This document shows, piece by piece, positions 28,591 through 37,638 of a stretch of 64,000 nt of DNA; within the stretch, counting starts at the first letter, position 1; each line of letters opens with the position of its first letter. The notes below the pieces were generated by a model that searched no databases, was not told where the DNA came from, and saw only the letters and a program-made list of their open reading frames with translations. This DNA is from Leptospira sp. (lineage in GTDB: Bacteria > Spirochaetota > Leptospiria > Leptospirales > Leptospiraceae), in NCBI GenBank assembly GCA_034439575.1, contig JAWXAQ010000016.1, positions 160,001 to 224,000 of the forward strand. The letters are read 5' to 3'. The translations under genes were made by a program, and so were the position numbers.

Positions 28591-30435
28591 TTATTTTAAG
28601 ATTTGAAACTCCTGCAAACAGGCGATTCCACTACTCTCTCTAAAAGTTCTAACCAATGTTGACTTAACGGTCAACATTTTTGATCTATTATCAAATTTTT
28701 CTTCAATAAAAGTATCAGGACAAGTATCACTTAACAATAAAACAGAGTCAAAACGCGACCAATCTTTCCATCTGTAACGATGATCATTGCGCACTGAACC
28801 ACTTTTGTACGTTTTTAATTTCATAGCTAAATCAAAATCAGAAGCGATCATTCTTCCTTTTGATTCATATTTCTTTTGGTCGTGAAAAGCATTTAAAAGA
28901 ATATAATGTTTGTTAGGATCAATTTGTTCTGCAATTTCCCTTGCAGGCTGAAAATCTGCCGCATTCAAGCCACGATAACAAAAAAGTTTTGATGGGAAAA
29001 AATTCCCAACGAGCAACCCTTCTTTATAAAATAAATTCCAACCTATTAGGCTAACCACAACTAACACTACACTATATGAAATTCGAGATTGAAATTTTGA
29101 TTCGGCAAATTGGGCAAATCGAAGCATCCATACAAAGGATAAAAAACCAATCGTAGGCAAAAATTGTAACACATGTCTAGGTTGTTTGTTACCAGTCGTT
29201 ATTTCTAATATAAACAGTTCTAAAAAAATTACGATCGTTGCCGCAACCAAAGGATCTCGTAATTTATCTTTCAAAGTTTGATTTTTTCTTACAAAAAAAT
29301 ACACAACAGAAACAAAGGCGAAAATGACTAGCGCACGAAACCCCCAAATGAAATCAAAAATACCGGGTACTTTTTCATCTATCCCTGGTTCTGTCCAAAG
29401 GGTAAGGAAAAAACTTCTTGTGTATTGATTCACAATCAATTGTGCATCAATCAAAGCATTGATTCTGTCTGGATTTGCAAATAACCAAAAAAAGGCGGGG
29501 AAAATCGCATAAACCCAAAGGATTACCATTGTCCTTGGGAATATTTCTTTTACTTTTTCTTTATTGCGATACAGATAAATAGAAAAATCTATAAAAACGA
29601 TAACCGTAATATAAAACATAAATGATTTAAATGTTCTTTGGTTCAAATTGATATTTGAGACCACTCGCACGATAGGCAATGAGATGATCATCGCAATGAC
29701 GAATACTAAATATATCAGTCGAATGCCTTTTGCATAATTTTTATACAAATAGAATATTACTTTCTTGTACACATTAGGCGAGCGGAGCACTTCATAGCTG
29801 ACACATGCCATAAAAAACAAAATTCCATATGGGTATTTTGTAAAATAAAAACCAAAGAGCGCGATGCTAACAAGATATTTTGTACTTGTTTGAATTTTGC
29901 CAATATTATCTTCATTATATAACTTAAATAAGGCGAAAGAAGAAAGAAGTAAAAAAAACATGGACTGCGTTTCTAACATAGATGTCAGAGAGTAAACAGG
30001 CACTTCCGTCGTTTGAATCACTAAAACCATTGTAAAAAATGCAAAGAGAGAGCCCCAAAATGGAGAATCCGTGACTTTGATAAGAATCATATATAAAGTG
30101 GGAAAAATTAAGATCAAAAAAAACATACCATGGAAAGAATCTCGGTATGTAATCGGCCAATCTGTCGGAAGATATAATAATAAAAACGTGCTAAATGAAC
30201 GGAGTGGTGGCCAAGTTGGTGATTCTAAAAAAGGAAGTGTCCCATTCCAAAAATTCCCAAGACGAAAATCTACATATTGGTCAAGAACTGTTGCTAGGCG
30301 AATGTTTTCATCCCAAGAAAGAAAATCATGATTTGGACATTGGGTCAAAAAAATTTCCCAGGCTTTCACTGCATAAAATGAAACAAATAATACACCTAAA
30401 AGGAAAAATGGAATGCCTAATAATTTTTTTAACAT
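28591..30435 (-). CDS. Polytopic membrane protein, GT-C (ArnT/PMT-like) fold candidate
   Basis: WDE acidic motif after TM1, WPPL, multiple TMs, KQPRH late loop. Confidence 0.55.
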   Translation of the reverse strand: MLKKLLGIPFFLLGVLFVSFYAVKAWEIFLTQCPNHDFLSWDENIRLATVLDQYVDFRLGNFWNGTLPFLESPTWPPLRSFSTFLLLYLPTDWPITYRDSFHGMFFLILIFPTLYMILIKVTDSPFWGSLFAFFTMVLVIQTTEVPVYSLTSMLETQSMFFLLLSSFALFKLYNEDNIGKIQTSTKYLVSIALFGFYFTKYPYGILFFMACVSYEVLRSPNVYKKVIFYLYKNYAKGIRLIYLVFVIAMIISLPIVRVVSNINLNQRTFKSFMFYITVIVFIDFSIYLYRNKEKVKEIFPRTMVILWVYAIFPAFFWLFANPDRINALIDAQLIVNQYTRSFFLTLWTEPGIDEKVPGIFDFIWGFRALVIFAFVSVVYFFVRKNQTLKDKLRDPLVAATIVIFLELFILEITTGNKQPRHVLQFLPTIGFLSFVWMLRFAQFAESKFQSRISYSVVLVVVSLIGWNLFYKEGLLVGNFFPSKLFCYRGLNAADFQPAREIAEQIDPNKHYILLNAFHDQKKYESKGRMIASDFDLAMKLKTYKSGSVRNDHRYRWKDWSRFDSVLLLSDTCPDTFIEEKFDNRSKMLTVKSTLVRTFRESSGIACLQEFQILK

Positions 30436-30619
30436 AATGATTACAAACCTCAGGATTACTTCTGCAATTTAAAGTCAGAATGCATCATACAAGCTAAAAA
30501 CATACTTTTTTATAAGTCAAATGAGGCTTAAAATCAAGTTTGTATCCTCGTTTTTAACTTTAATTGCTACAAGTTTAATAAATTCTGGAGTTAAAGCTCG
30601 CCTGAAAGGAAGTTTTGAA

Positions 30620-33028
30620 ATGAAACATAACAAATTCGTCGCCATAACTATTCTTGGTTTCGTCACATTATCACTCGCAGGATTCTTTTCAAGGCCCGTC
30701 AAAGGCGATTCAAATTCCAATTTGGTCAAATTTCCCTCTGGCGTTAATACAGATGCTTTTGAGTTATACGAGAGTCTACCCTACTATCTTTCTCCGCCAG
30801 ATTTTATATTACCAAACAGTGTAGAATTTGTTTCTGACTTTCCACCACCAGGAAATCAAATGAATCAAAAAAGTAGCGTTGGTTTTGCGGTGGGTTATGG
30901 CTTATTATCGTATTTCGAAGCATCACGAAACAAAACAAAAAATATTTCAAATATTTCTCCACAATCTCCTGAAGGACAGTCGATTTTTTATTCACCTTCT
31001 TATGTTTATAATCAATTGAATGGTGGACGAGATAATGGAGCTTCACTTCTCGATGCACTTGTGCTTATGCAAAGTCGGGGATCTGTACCATTATCTGAAA
31101 TGCCATACACTGCTACTGGATTTCGAAATAAACCAGGTGCGAATCTTATTGAAATTGGTAGACGGAAAAGAGTATCACATATTTATAAATTAGATATTTC
31201 CAATATAACAACGATTAAATATGTTTTGTCTCAGAAAATTCCTGTTGTGTTTAGTTTTTTAACTTTCGAAAACTTTCTTGAATGGAAAGGCAACCAAGTA
31301 TATACAACTCCTACTGGTGAAGATATTGGTGCACAAACGCTTGTCCTCTTAGGATATGATGATTCCAAAAAAGCATTTCGCGTTTGGAATTCTTGGGGCA
31401 ATGAATGGGGTGATAAAGGTTATGCTTGGATACATTACACAACATTTCAAAAGTTGACAAGAGCTGCTTATCTAACTTTTCCTTCCGATGCTGGGATCTC
31501 CTTAAATTCGGAAAAGGAAGTTTTGGATATTGCGCAAAACACACCTATCGACTTAATTCAGCCACCAGAAGAAGTTTTCGCGTCAAAAGGTGAATTTGAA
31601 GACCGCATAAGACTTGTATGGTCAAAGAACAATAAAGCCATAGGTTATGAAATTTATAGAAAACGCAAAGATGAAACAAAATTTCAATTAATTGGGCTAT
31701 CAAGAACACATTCTTTTGAAGACAAGGGCGTTCAAAAAAATGTCGCTTATGCGTATCGCATAGCAAGCGTCAATGAAACAAAAATATCGACCCTATCTCC
31801 AGAGTCAAACGAAGGATATGCTTCCTCAGAAGTCAAAAATACCGAAATTCTACCTATAACCAATCTAAAAGCAAGTATTGGAAAGTACAATGACCGTATT
31901 CAACTATCATGGGATTTACATATTTCTGCGAACTCTTATTCCGTATATAAATGGAATTCAACATCTAAAATATTTCGATTTTTAGCCAAAACGGATAAGC
32001 CTAGTTATACGGATTACAAAGCCAGTAAAAATGGAGATTCTGAAATCTACAGAGTTTTTCCTCACAAAAAATCTCTTACTGGTGAAGGAAGTTATTATGC
32101 GCACGGTTATCTTGATCCTTTAGAACAATTAAGACAGAGACCTACAAATCTCTATGTTTCCAAAGGTGAATTTGATCGGAAAATCAATCTATCATGGGAA
32201 GGTTCGGCAAACGCTAGTTCTTATCTAATTCTTCGATCAAGCCAAGAAGAAAATGAATGGGAAATAATAGGAAAATCCAAGGAAACTAAATTCACAGATT
32301 CGAATTTCAAGGAATCCGAATATACTTATGCAATAGTTACCATATTTGATGATGGGTCTTATTCTTTTCCTTCTGAATCCGAATTTGGATATGTCAACTT
32401 ACTCGCCAAACGAGGAGCAGTGAGCGAAATTACAGAGTTTAAATCTGTTTCGGAAAATATTTCCAAAAAAGAAATGACTCTCTCTTGGACAAAAAATCCA
32501 AAATTTGAAACCTATTCTATATATATGAGAAAAAGAGGAGATAAAGATTGGGATCTTGTTTCAAAGCTTGATGCTAACAAAACTCAATATGTTGTAAGTG
32601 GTTTAGATAAAAATAAATTTTATATCTTTGCTTTGAAAGGCAAAGAATCGGGCAAAGATGAAAGTGTTTTTTCGAAGCCGCTCTATGCTGTTTTATCTGA
32701 AGCCAGTTTTGATACTAAAAAGGTTAAAACTTTTGGCGAGTCAGTGATCAATCGATTTCTTGGGCCTTGGACTGCGATGTATTGGGATGGAAAATCTTCT
32801 GTCAAACCAGTGAAACTGGAAATCGAATCTGATTCCGAAGATGGATATGTTTTGAAATGGAATAATAGAGAATTTTATAGAGGCTCATACATAATTGATG
32901 CCAACCTGATAGAAGAAAAAGGCAAATGGAAAATCCAATTGTCACCAAACTTAGATTCTCTGTCTGCCGAAGTATCAGAAAAACAACTTTTACCTGAAAA
33001 AAGCCGTATATCTTTTGTTAGGGAGTAG
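30620..33028 (+). CDS. Exported C1 (papain-fold) peptidase-like protein with fibronectin type III repeats; probably catalytically inactive
   Basis: PPPGNQ...SS, SPSYVYNQ, LGYDD and NSWG..WGDKGY motifs; repeated ASKG.F.D.I.L.W Fn3-like units; RBS AAAGGA before ATG 30620. Confidence 0.8.
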   Translation: MKHNKFVAITILGFVTLSLAGFFSRPVKGDSNSNLVKFPSGVNTDAFELYESLPYYLSPPDFILPNSVEFVSDFPPPGNQMNQKSSVGFAVGYGLLSYFEASRNKTKNISNISPQSPEGQSIFYSPSYVYNQLNGGRDNGASLLDALVLMQSRGSVPLSEMPYTATGFRNKPGANLIEIGRRKRVSHIYKLDISNITTIKYVLSQKIPVVFSFLTFENFLEWKGNQVYTTPTGEDIGAQTLVLLGYDDSKKAFRVWNSWGNEWGDKGYAWIHYTTFQKLTRAAYLTFPSDAGISLNSEKEVLDIAQNTPIDLIQPPEEVFASKGEFEDRIRLVWSKNNKAIGYEIYRKRKDETKFQLIGLSRTHSFEDKGVQKNVAYAYRIASVNETKISTLSPESNEGYASSEVKNTEILPITNLKASIGKYNDRIQLSWDLHISANSYSVYKWNSTSKIFRFLAKTDKPSYTDYKASKNGDSEIYRVFPHKKSLTGEGSYYAHGYLDPLEQLRQRPTNLYVSKGEFDRKINLSWEGSANASSYLILRSSQEENEWEIIGKSKETKFTDSNFKESEYTYAIVTIFDDGSYSFPSESEFGYVNLLAKRGAVSEITEFKSVSENISKKEMTLSWTKNPKFETYSIYMRKRGDKDWDLVSKLDANKTQYVVSGLDKNKFYIFALKGKESGKDESVFSKPLYAVLSEASFDTKKVKTFGESVINRFLGPWTAMYWDGKSSVKPVKLEIESDSEDGYVLKWNNREFYRGSYIIDANLIEEKGKWKIQLSPNLDSLSAEVSEKQLLPEKSRISFVRE

Positions 33029-33440
33029 CGGAATATTTATTGACAAAAAAATCGGGAAGTCTCCACGGACGATTGATTTTGAAATCAAAAAATAGAGCCT
33101 GGAATACCGCCTTACATACCAAGGCTCCATCTGTAGAACGGTAAATATTTTGATACACTTTCCCCCTAGCCTTTGAGGCTTCGCCGAAAGTAGTTTCCAC
33201 GATCGCCGTATTTGGGTGAGTCAGTGGTTTATGATATTCTATTTCCGCCTTGTGAATTACGGGTCCGATTTGGTTGGCTCGCATTTCAGCGATAGAAAAA
33301 CCCTCAGCTTCCAGGGCGACCATCCTCGCCTCATCAAAATAGAACTGAAAGATTCCATTATTTACATGCCCATTGGCGTCCATTTGGCTCCAAAGTACAG
33401 GGATTTCGGTTTTATGAAGGGATATATTTGTTTGCGTCAT
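33018..33440 (-). CDS. Acyl-CoA thioesterase (4HBT/YbgC hotdog family)
   Basis: MDANGHVNN...FDEAR motif. Likely start ATG 33440. Confidence 0.9.
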   Translation of the reverse strand: MTQTNISLHKTEIPVLWSQMDANGHVNNGIFQFYFDEARMVALEAEGFSIAEMRANQIGPVIHKAEIEYHKPLTHPNTAIVETTFGEASKARGKVYQNIYRSTDGALVCKAVFQALFFDFKINRPWRLPDFFVNKYSATP

Positions 33441-33452
33441 AGATCTTAAATC

Positions 33453-33504
33453 AGACAGAACTGTCTGTCTGTCAAACACAAAAACAGACTACTTTGTCTG
33501 TTTT
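33453..33504. promoter_or_regulatory. Two inverted repeats, probable TetR operators, in the divergent promoter region
   Basis: AGACAG-AA-CTGTCT (33453-33466) and AAAACAGAC-N6-GTCTGTTTT (33481-33504), next to TTGACG-N16-TAAAAT. Confidence 0.65.
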
Positions 33505-33540
33505 TCTTGACGAAGCCTGAATTCTTCGTAAAATCAATCC

Positions 33541-34137
33541 ATGCCTAAAATTTTATCCCCACAGGTTAGAATTCTGAATACTGCCAAAATACTTTTTTAT
33601 AGGCAAGGCTATCACACAACAGGCATTAACCAAATTTTAAAAGAATCAAGAACAGCCAAAGCGAGTTTTTATGATCACTACCCGTCCAAAGAAATTTTAG
33701 GTAAAAAAGTCATCAGGCAATATTCCGCTGAGGTGCAACTTTGGTTTCGCAAAATTATGAATATGAGTGATACACCATTTTCATTTGTAGAAAATTTAGC
33801 GAGAGCCATAGAAACACAAATCAAATCAAAAGATTCGATTTATCAAGGTTGCCCGATTGCCATTTTTTCATGCCAATTTCCGATAGACGAACCCGTGTTC
33901 AGTGAAGAATTTACAAGGTCTATCCGAAGATGGGAAACCATGTTTATCCATTTTTGGCAAAGGGAAAATATCAGATCTGTTATGCGTTCGAATGTGGATC
34001 AATTAAATTTATCTAGAGATTTGATTAACCTTTACGAAGGATCTTTAATGAATTGGCGCATTTCAAAAGATAGAAGTTATATTGATAGAATGAAAATTAA
34101 TTATTATGAAAGGATCAAACTCGAACTTAAAAAATAG
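33541..34137 (+). CDS. TetR/AcrR family transcriptional regulator
   Basis: N-terminal HTH (GYHTTGINQI...KASFYDHYPSKE) and GCP motif. Confidence 0.92.
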   Translation: MPKILSPQVRILNTAKILFYRQGYHTTGINQILKESRTAKASFYDHYPSKEILGKKVIRQYSAEVQLWFRKIMNMSDTPFSFVENLARAIETQIKSKDSIYQGCPIAIFSCQFPIDEPVFSEEFTRSIRRWETMFIHFWQRENIRSVMRSNVDQLNLSRDLINLYEGSLMNWRISKDRSYIDRMKINYYERIKLELKK

Positions 34138-34390
34138 TCGTACTTTCACAATTTTTTCTACATTTTTCTCTGAGACCAGAGCACGAATTTGTCAGGATCG
34201 CTAAATCCTGATTAGAATAATCAGAAGTATTTGCTACAAACTTATAATACAAATCGTTTTGCAAAAAACATTCACCTTCAATCGTAGAACATTTGTTTCT
34301 CTCTATACAATTGCTTCGCGGAGATAAAGGAGCCCCACAATCAATTAAGTTTGCTAAAAATAAAATTAATATTAAGTTTCGAACAAACAT
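34127..34390 (-). CDS. Small Cys-rich lipoprotein
   Basis: Lipobox-like LIDC plus six further Cys; overlaps the upstream stop codon. Confidence 0.6.
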   Translation of the reverse strand: MFVRNLILILFLANLIDCGAPLSPRSNCIERNKCSTIEGECFLQNDLYYKFVANTSDYSNQDLAILTNSCSGLREKCRKNCESTTIF

Positions 34391-35808
34391 TAAAATGAAA
34401 TTGTCTGGTTACTTAAATGAGATAGTTTTAATTCGGAAATTTTTCTTTTTTTACCAGTGTCATTTAGTATATTAACTTTTCCTGAAATGCTAATTGGAAT
34501 ATCAAATTCCACTTCACCTTTCACGTTCAATTCTTCACAGGCAACGAGCGAAGGATATACTTTTAATAGCCTATCAAAATCATTGATTTTTTTATAATAA
34601 GAATCATCTAATATAACAAGCATTTCACCTAAACCAATTGCCTTTCTCTCTTTGGACATTGTGAGAGAAAAATCAGAATTCAAAGTATAGGCGTCTGACC
34701 TGCGAATTAAATAATCTTCTGTCTTTTTTACAGGAGCAAATCGATCACGCGGGATAATAATGCCTTTAAATTTTGCAAAATTACCAACAGCAGAACCCAT
34801 AGCAGTTTCCAATTGCAATACTTCTTTGCCCTCTATCTTTTTTGGATTCACAATTAAAGAAAGAGAAAAATTGCCCTCTTTAAATCTCTTCCTTAAAGCT
34901 ATTAAATTGATCCATAGATTGTTTGTAGAGAATGTACGAAATTTGCCAATACCACTAAACTCATGTTCGTTCTCAAGTGGAACTTGTGCTGTTTCCAATA
35001 ATTCAAATTTTTGAAATTTTCCATCTACTAACTTGCGATAAATGGCGCCACCTTTTTTATCGGCTAAAGTTTTAGGGGTCATTTCCATCGCAAAATCAAT
35101 TCCTTCTTGTAACATAAACGTGACAATGTGCGGATCCACCGTAGCGCCTAGGTTATCACCATTGGATAGGAAAACAATTTCATAACCTAAATCTATTAGT
35201 TTATCAAGGATACCTGTTTCAATTAATGTGAAATGAATATCTCCATGTCCAGGAGGACACCAATCTTCTTTTGGAGAAGGAAATGAAACAGGAGTTAGAT
35301 CATTTTTTTCTAATCTTGGAACTTTATGTTGTAAAAAGCTTGTGGTAATTTTTTGTTTGAAACCTATTTTTTTAAATTCGGCTAGAGAATCTTCTTGCGT
35401 ATTATAGGAATCCATGAGAATGAGTGGGACTTCTATATCATATTTTTTGCGAATGTACTCTACTTGCGAGGCGATCACGGACAAAAAGGATTTATTTTCT
35501 TTTATGGGGATTAAGGACTTGGCTTTTTCTAAACCCATAGAAGTTCCAAGGCCGCCATTTAACTTAATCACTACGAGTTTTGCTAAATTTTCTTTGGACT
35601 CAGGATACTTTGTATGAATCTCTGTAAGATGAATCTCATCTTCCTTAGGATCTAGGTCACCGACACTACTCCACTTAACAATGCCAGTCTCGCCCTTTCT
35701 GATTTGGTCCACCTTCTCCAAAAAATCTTCGATAAAGGGTTCACTTAGGCCCTCTTTTTTCATTTTTTCTCGAATCAATTGGTCCGCAGTTTCTTTTGGA
35801 ACAGGCAT
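34390..35808 (-). CDS. UTP--glucose-1-phosphate uridylyltransferase, eukaryote-type (UDPGP family)
   Basis: KLNGGLGTSMG...KS, WCPPGHGD, SNGDNLGA, FSTNNLW, QLETAMG and RFAPVKK motifs. Confidence 0.92.
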   Translation of the reverse strand: MPVPKETADQLIREKMKKEGLSEPFIEDFLEKVDQIRKGETGIVKWSSVGDLDPKEDEIHLTEIHTKYPESKENLAKLVVIKLNGGLGTSMGLEKAKSLIPIKENKSFLSVIASQVEYIRKKYDIEVPLILMDSYNTQEDSLAEFKKIGFKQKITTSFLQHKVPRLEKNDLTPVSFPSPKEDWCPPGHGDIHFTLIETGILDKLIDLGYEIVFLSNGDNLGATVDPHIVTFMLQEGIDFAMEMTPKTLADKKGGAIYRKLVDGKFQKFELLETAQVPLENEHEFSGIGKFRTFSTNNLWINLIALRKRFKEGNFSLSLIVNPKKIEGKEVLQLETAMGSAVGNFAKFKGIIIPRDRFAPVKKTEDYLIRRSDAYTLNSDFSLTMSKERKAIGLGEMLVILDDSYYKKINDFDRLLKVYPSLVACEELNVKGEVEFDIPISISGKVNILNDTGKKRKISELKLSHLSNQTISF

Positions 35809-35816
35809 AGTTTCTC

Positions 35817-36176
35817 CTAAAGGTTTTGGTTTAATTCCCCTAACTGAATTCGATAAGGATCTTCAATCTGCCCAGGTTCCCAGAGAAAGTACACAAGAAT
35901 TTCTCGCCCTTCCTCTCGCATTTTGGGATCGTTTTCATTTCGATCATACTTTGGCATAAATACCGTAAAATTGTAAATCCAAACAACTCGAGCATCGGAT
36001 CTCTTTTCTCGAAGTATCCCTTTCTTTAATGGATCTTCTTTTATGATTTTTTCAAACTTGAGAGGGAAAATTTTATCCCATGCAATCACTAATTCAGAAT
36101 TCGCCTTATCGTAATTTGGCTTTGTTTCTGCGAGAAGTGGAAACGATAGGACGAGTAAAAATAGAACCTTAATCAA
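35817..36176 (-). CDS. Hypothetical exported protein
   Basis: Signal peptide (LLA/E); operon-like spacing. Confidence 0.6.
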   Translation of the reverse strand: MIKVLFLLVLSFPLLAETKPNYDKANSELVIAWDKIFPLKFEKIIKEDPLKKGILREKRSDARVVWIYNFTVFMPKYDRNENDPKMREEGREILVYFLWEPGQIEDPYRIQLGELNQNL

Positions 36177-36183
36177 GAAAATA

Positions 36184-37635
36184 TCAATTCCGTGAACTTA
36201 CCATAATATAGACTGAATGCGCACTATATTCAAAGGCTTGAGATAAGGAATTTGGATCGATACGAGAATTTCCTTGGCCAGTCTCACGAATGTAGGTCAC
36301 AGAAACAGATGATTTTGAATTCACCCAAGAAAATCCAAGGCTGAGTCCACGATTACGAGAGAATTCATTCCTTGGATTTGTCCCAGACCTTGCAGCATTA
36401 TAGATTAAAGTATTATTTCCAGAGCTAGCTTGGGCTTGGTTATTGACTGCATTCTGTAAAAATAAATCCACTGCTGATTCAGTCCAAGAAATAGGTTTTG
36501 TATTAGGTTCATTCGTATAAACACCACCTAATACAGAAAAGGTGTCCATTAGATAATATTCCATTCCCAAGGCTAAATTTGTTGTAGATTGGCGTGTGAG
36601 TTCTCTCACTTCACTATCATTCATGGAATATGTCACTCTACTCCCGCGAACACTGTATTCATCTTGATTCCTGCGCATTTTATATCCAGAAGTATAAATG
36701 ACATCGAAAGCCGCCAAAAAACGTGCTGTGGGAAAATACGCAACACCCCAACGTATTTCTGAAGTTTGAGGAATGGAAGTTACCATTTTTGGTTTTTGTG
36801 TAATGGCTCCGTTTTCAACAGAAGAAAAACCATTTCCAGTCCCCTCAACAAAATCCACAGCCGAAGTACCGGCCGCACGAGAAGAGTCAGTATAAACTTC
36901 GTTATAGAGTCGATTCCCACCTACTACAAATATTCTACGAATGCTCATTCCAAGGGATAGTTTTTGGATTGGTTGGTATTGGATTCCGAGAATGGGGAGT
37001 AAAGCCGAAGTTCTACGGTTGTCCACATAGCTTCGCATTACATAAGTCAAATCTGAAAATTGTTGGAATTGAGTTCTGGAAACATCTTTTGTATCATTCA
37101 TATAATACAAAGTGGCACCTAAAGAGAGTTTGTCCGTCAAAAGATAGGCGACACTTGGCCCAACTAACAATTGATTGTATCTTTCTTTTGTATAATTCCT
37201 AGTTGTATTGATGGTTGGTGAAACTAAAGGGTAATTAACCTGATCGGCACGATTGTATGCGAAGTTGTAAGTATTTACAATTGTGAAAGCAAACTTCCAC
37301 TTATCATAGTTTTTTAAAAGGCCAATGAAATTAGGGTCAAAACCTTGGTGTGTTTGGTTATAAGTCTGGCCGGGTGTATCAATATTGATATAACTTCTTT
37401 TGACATTTTTAAAATTACTCGCAGAAATGGAAATCCCATCATTGTAAGTAAATCCAAGTCCTGCGGGGTTATAAAAAGCGCCAGATGGATCATCTGAAAT
37501 TGCAGTAAAGGCACCGGCAAGTCCCGCCGCCCTTTCTCCATAAAACCCATGTATGTTGTTAAATGGTTCGGAAGAATAGACAACAGTCGTAGTCAGAAGA
37601 AGGAAAATCGTTAATTGTAATTTAATATGTTTCAT
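36184..37635 (-). CDS. OmpP1/FadL-like outer-membrane beta-barrel
   Basis: GERAAGLAGAFTA..DDPS..FYNPAGL N-terminal hatch motif followed by a beta-strand pattern. Confidence 0.8.
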   Translation of the reverse strand: MKHIKLQLTIFLLLTTTVVYSSEPFNNIHGFYGERAAGLAGAFTAISDDPSGAFYNPAGLGFTYNDGISISASNFKNVKRSYINIDTPGQTYNQTHQGFDPNFIGLLKNYDKWKFAFTIVNTYNFAYNRADQVNYPLVSPTINTTRNYTKERYNQLLVGPSVAYLLTDKLSLGATLYYMNDTKDVSRTQFQQFSDLTYVMRSYVDNRRTSALLPILGIQYQPIQKLSLGMSIRRIFVVGGNRLYNEVYTDSSRAAGTSAVDFVEGTGNGFSSVENGAITQKPKMVTSIPQTSEIRWGVAYFPTARFLAAFDVIYTSGYKMRRNQDEYSVRGSRVTYSMNDSEVRELTRQSTTNLALGMEYYLMDTFSVLGGVYTNEPNTKPISWTESAVDLFLQNAVNNQAQASSGNNTLIYNAARSGTNPRNEFSRNRGLSLGFSWVNSKSSVSVTYIRETGQGNSRIDPNSLSQAFEYSAHSVYIMVSSRN

Positions 37636-37638
37636 TAT

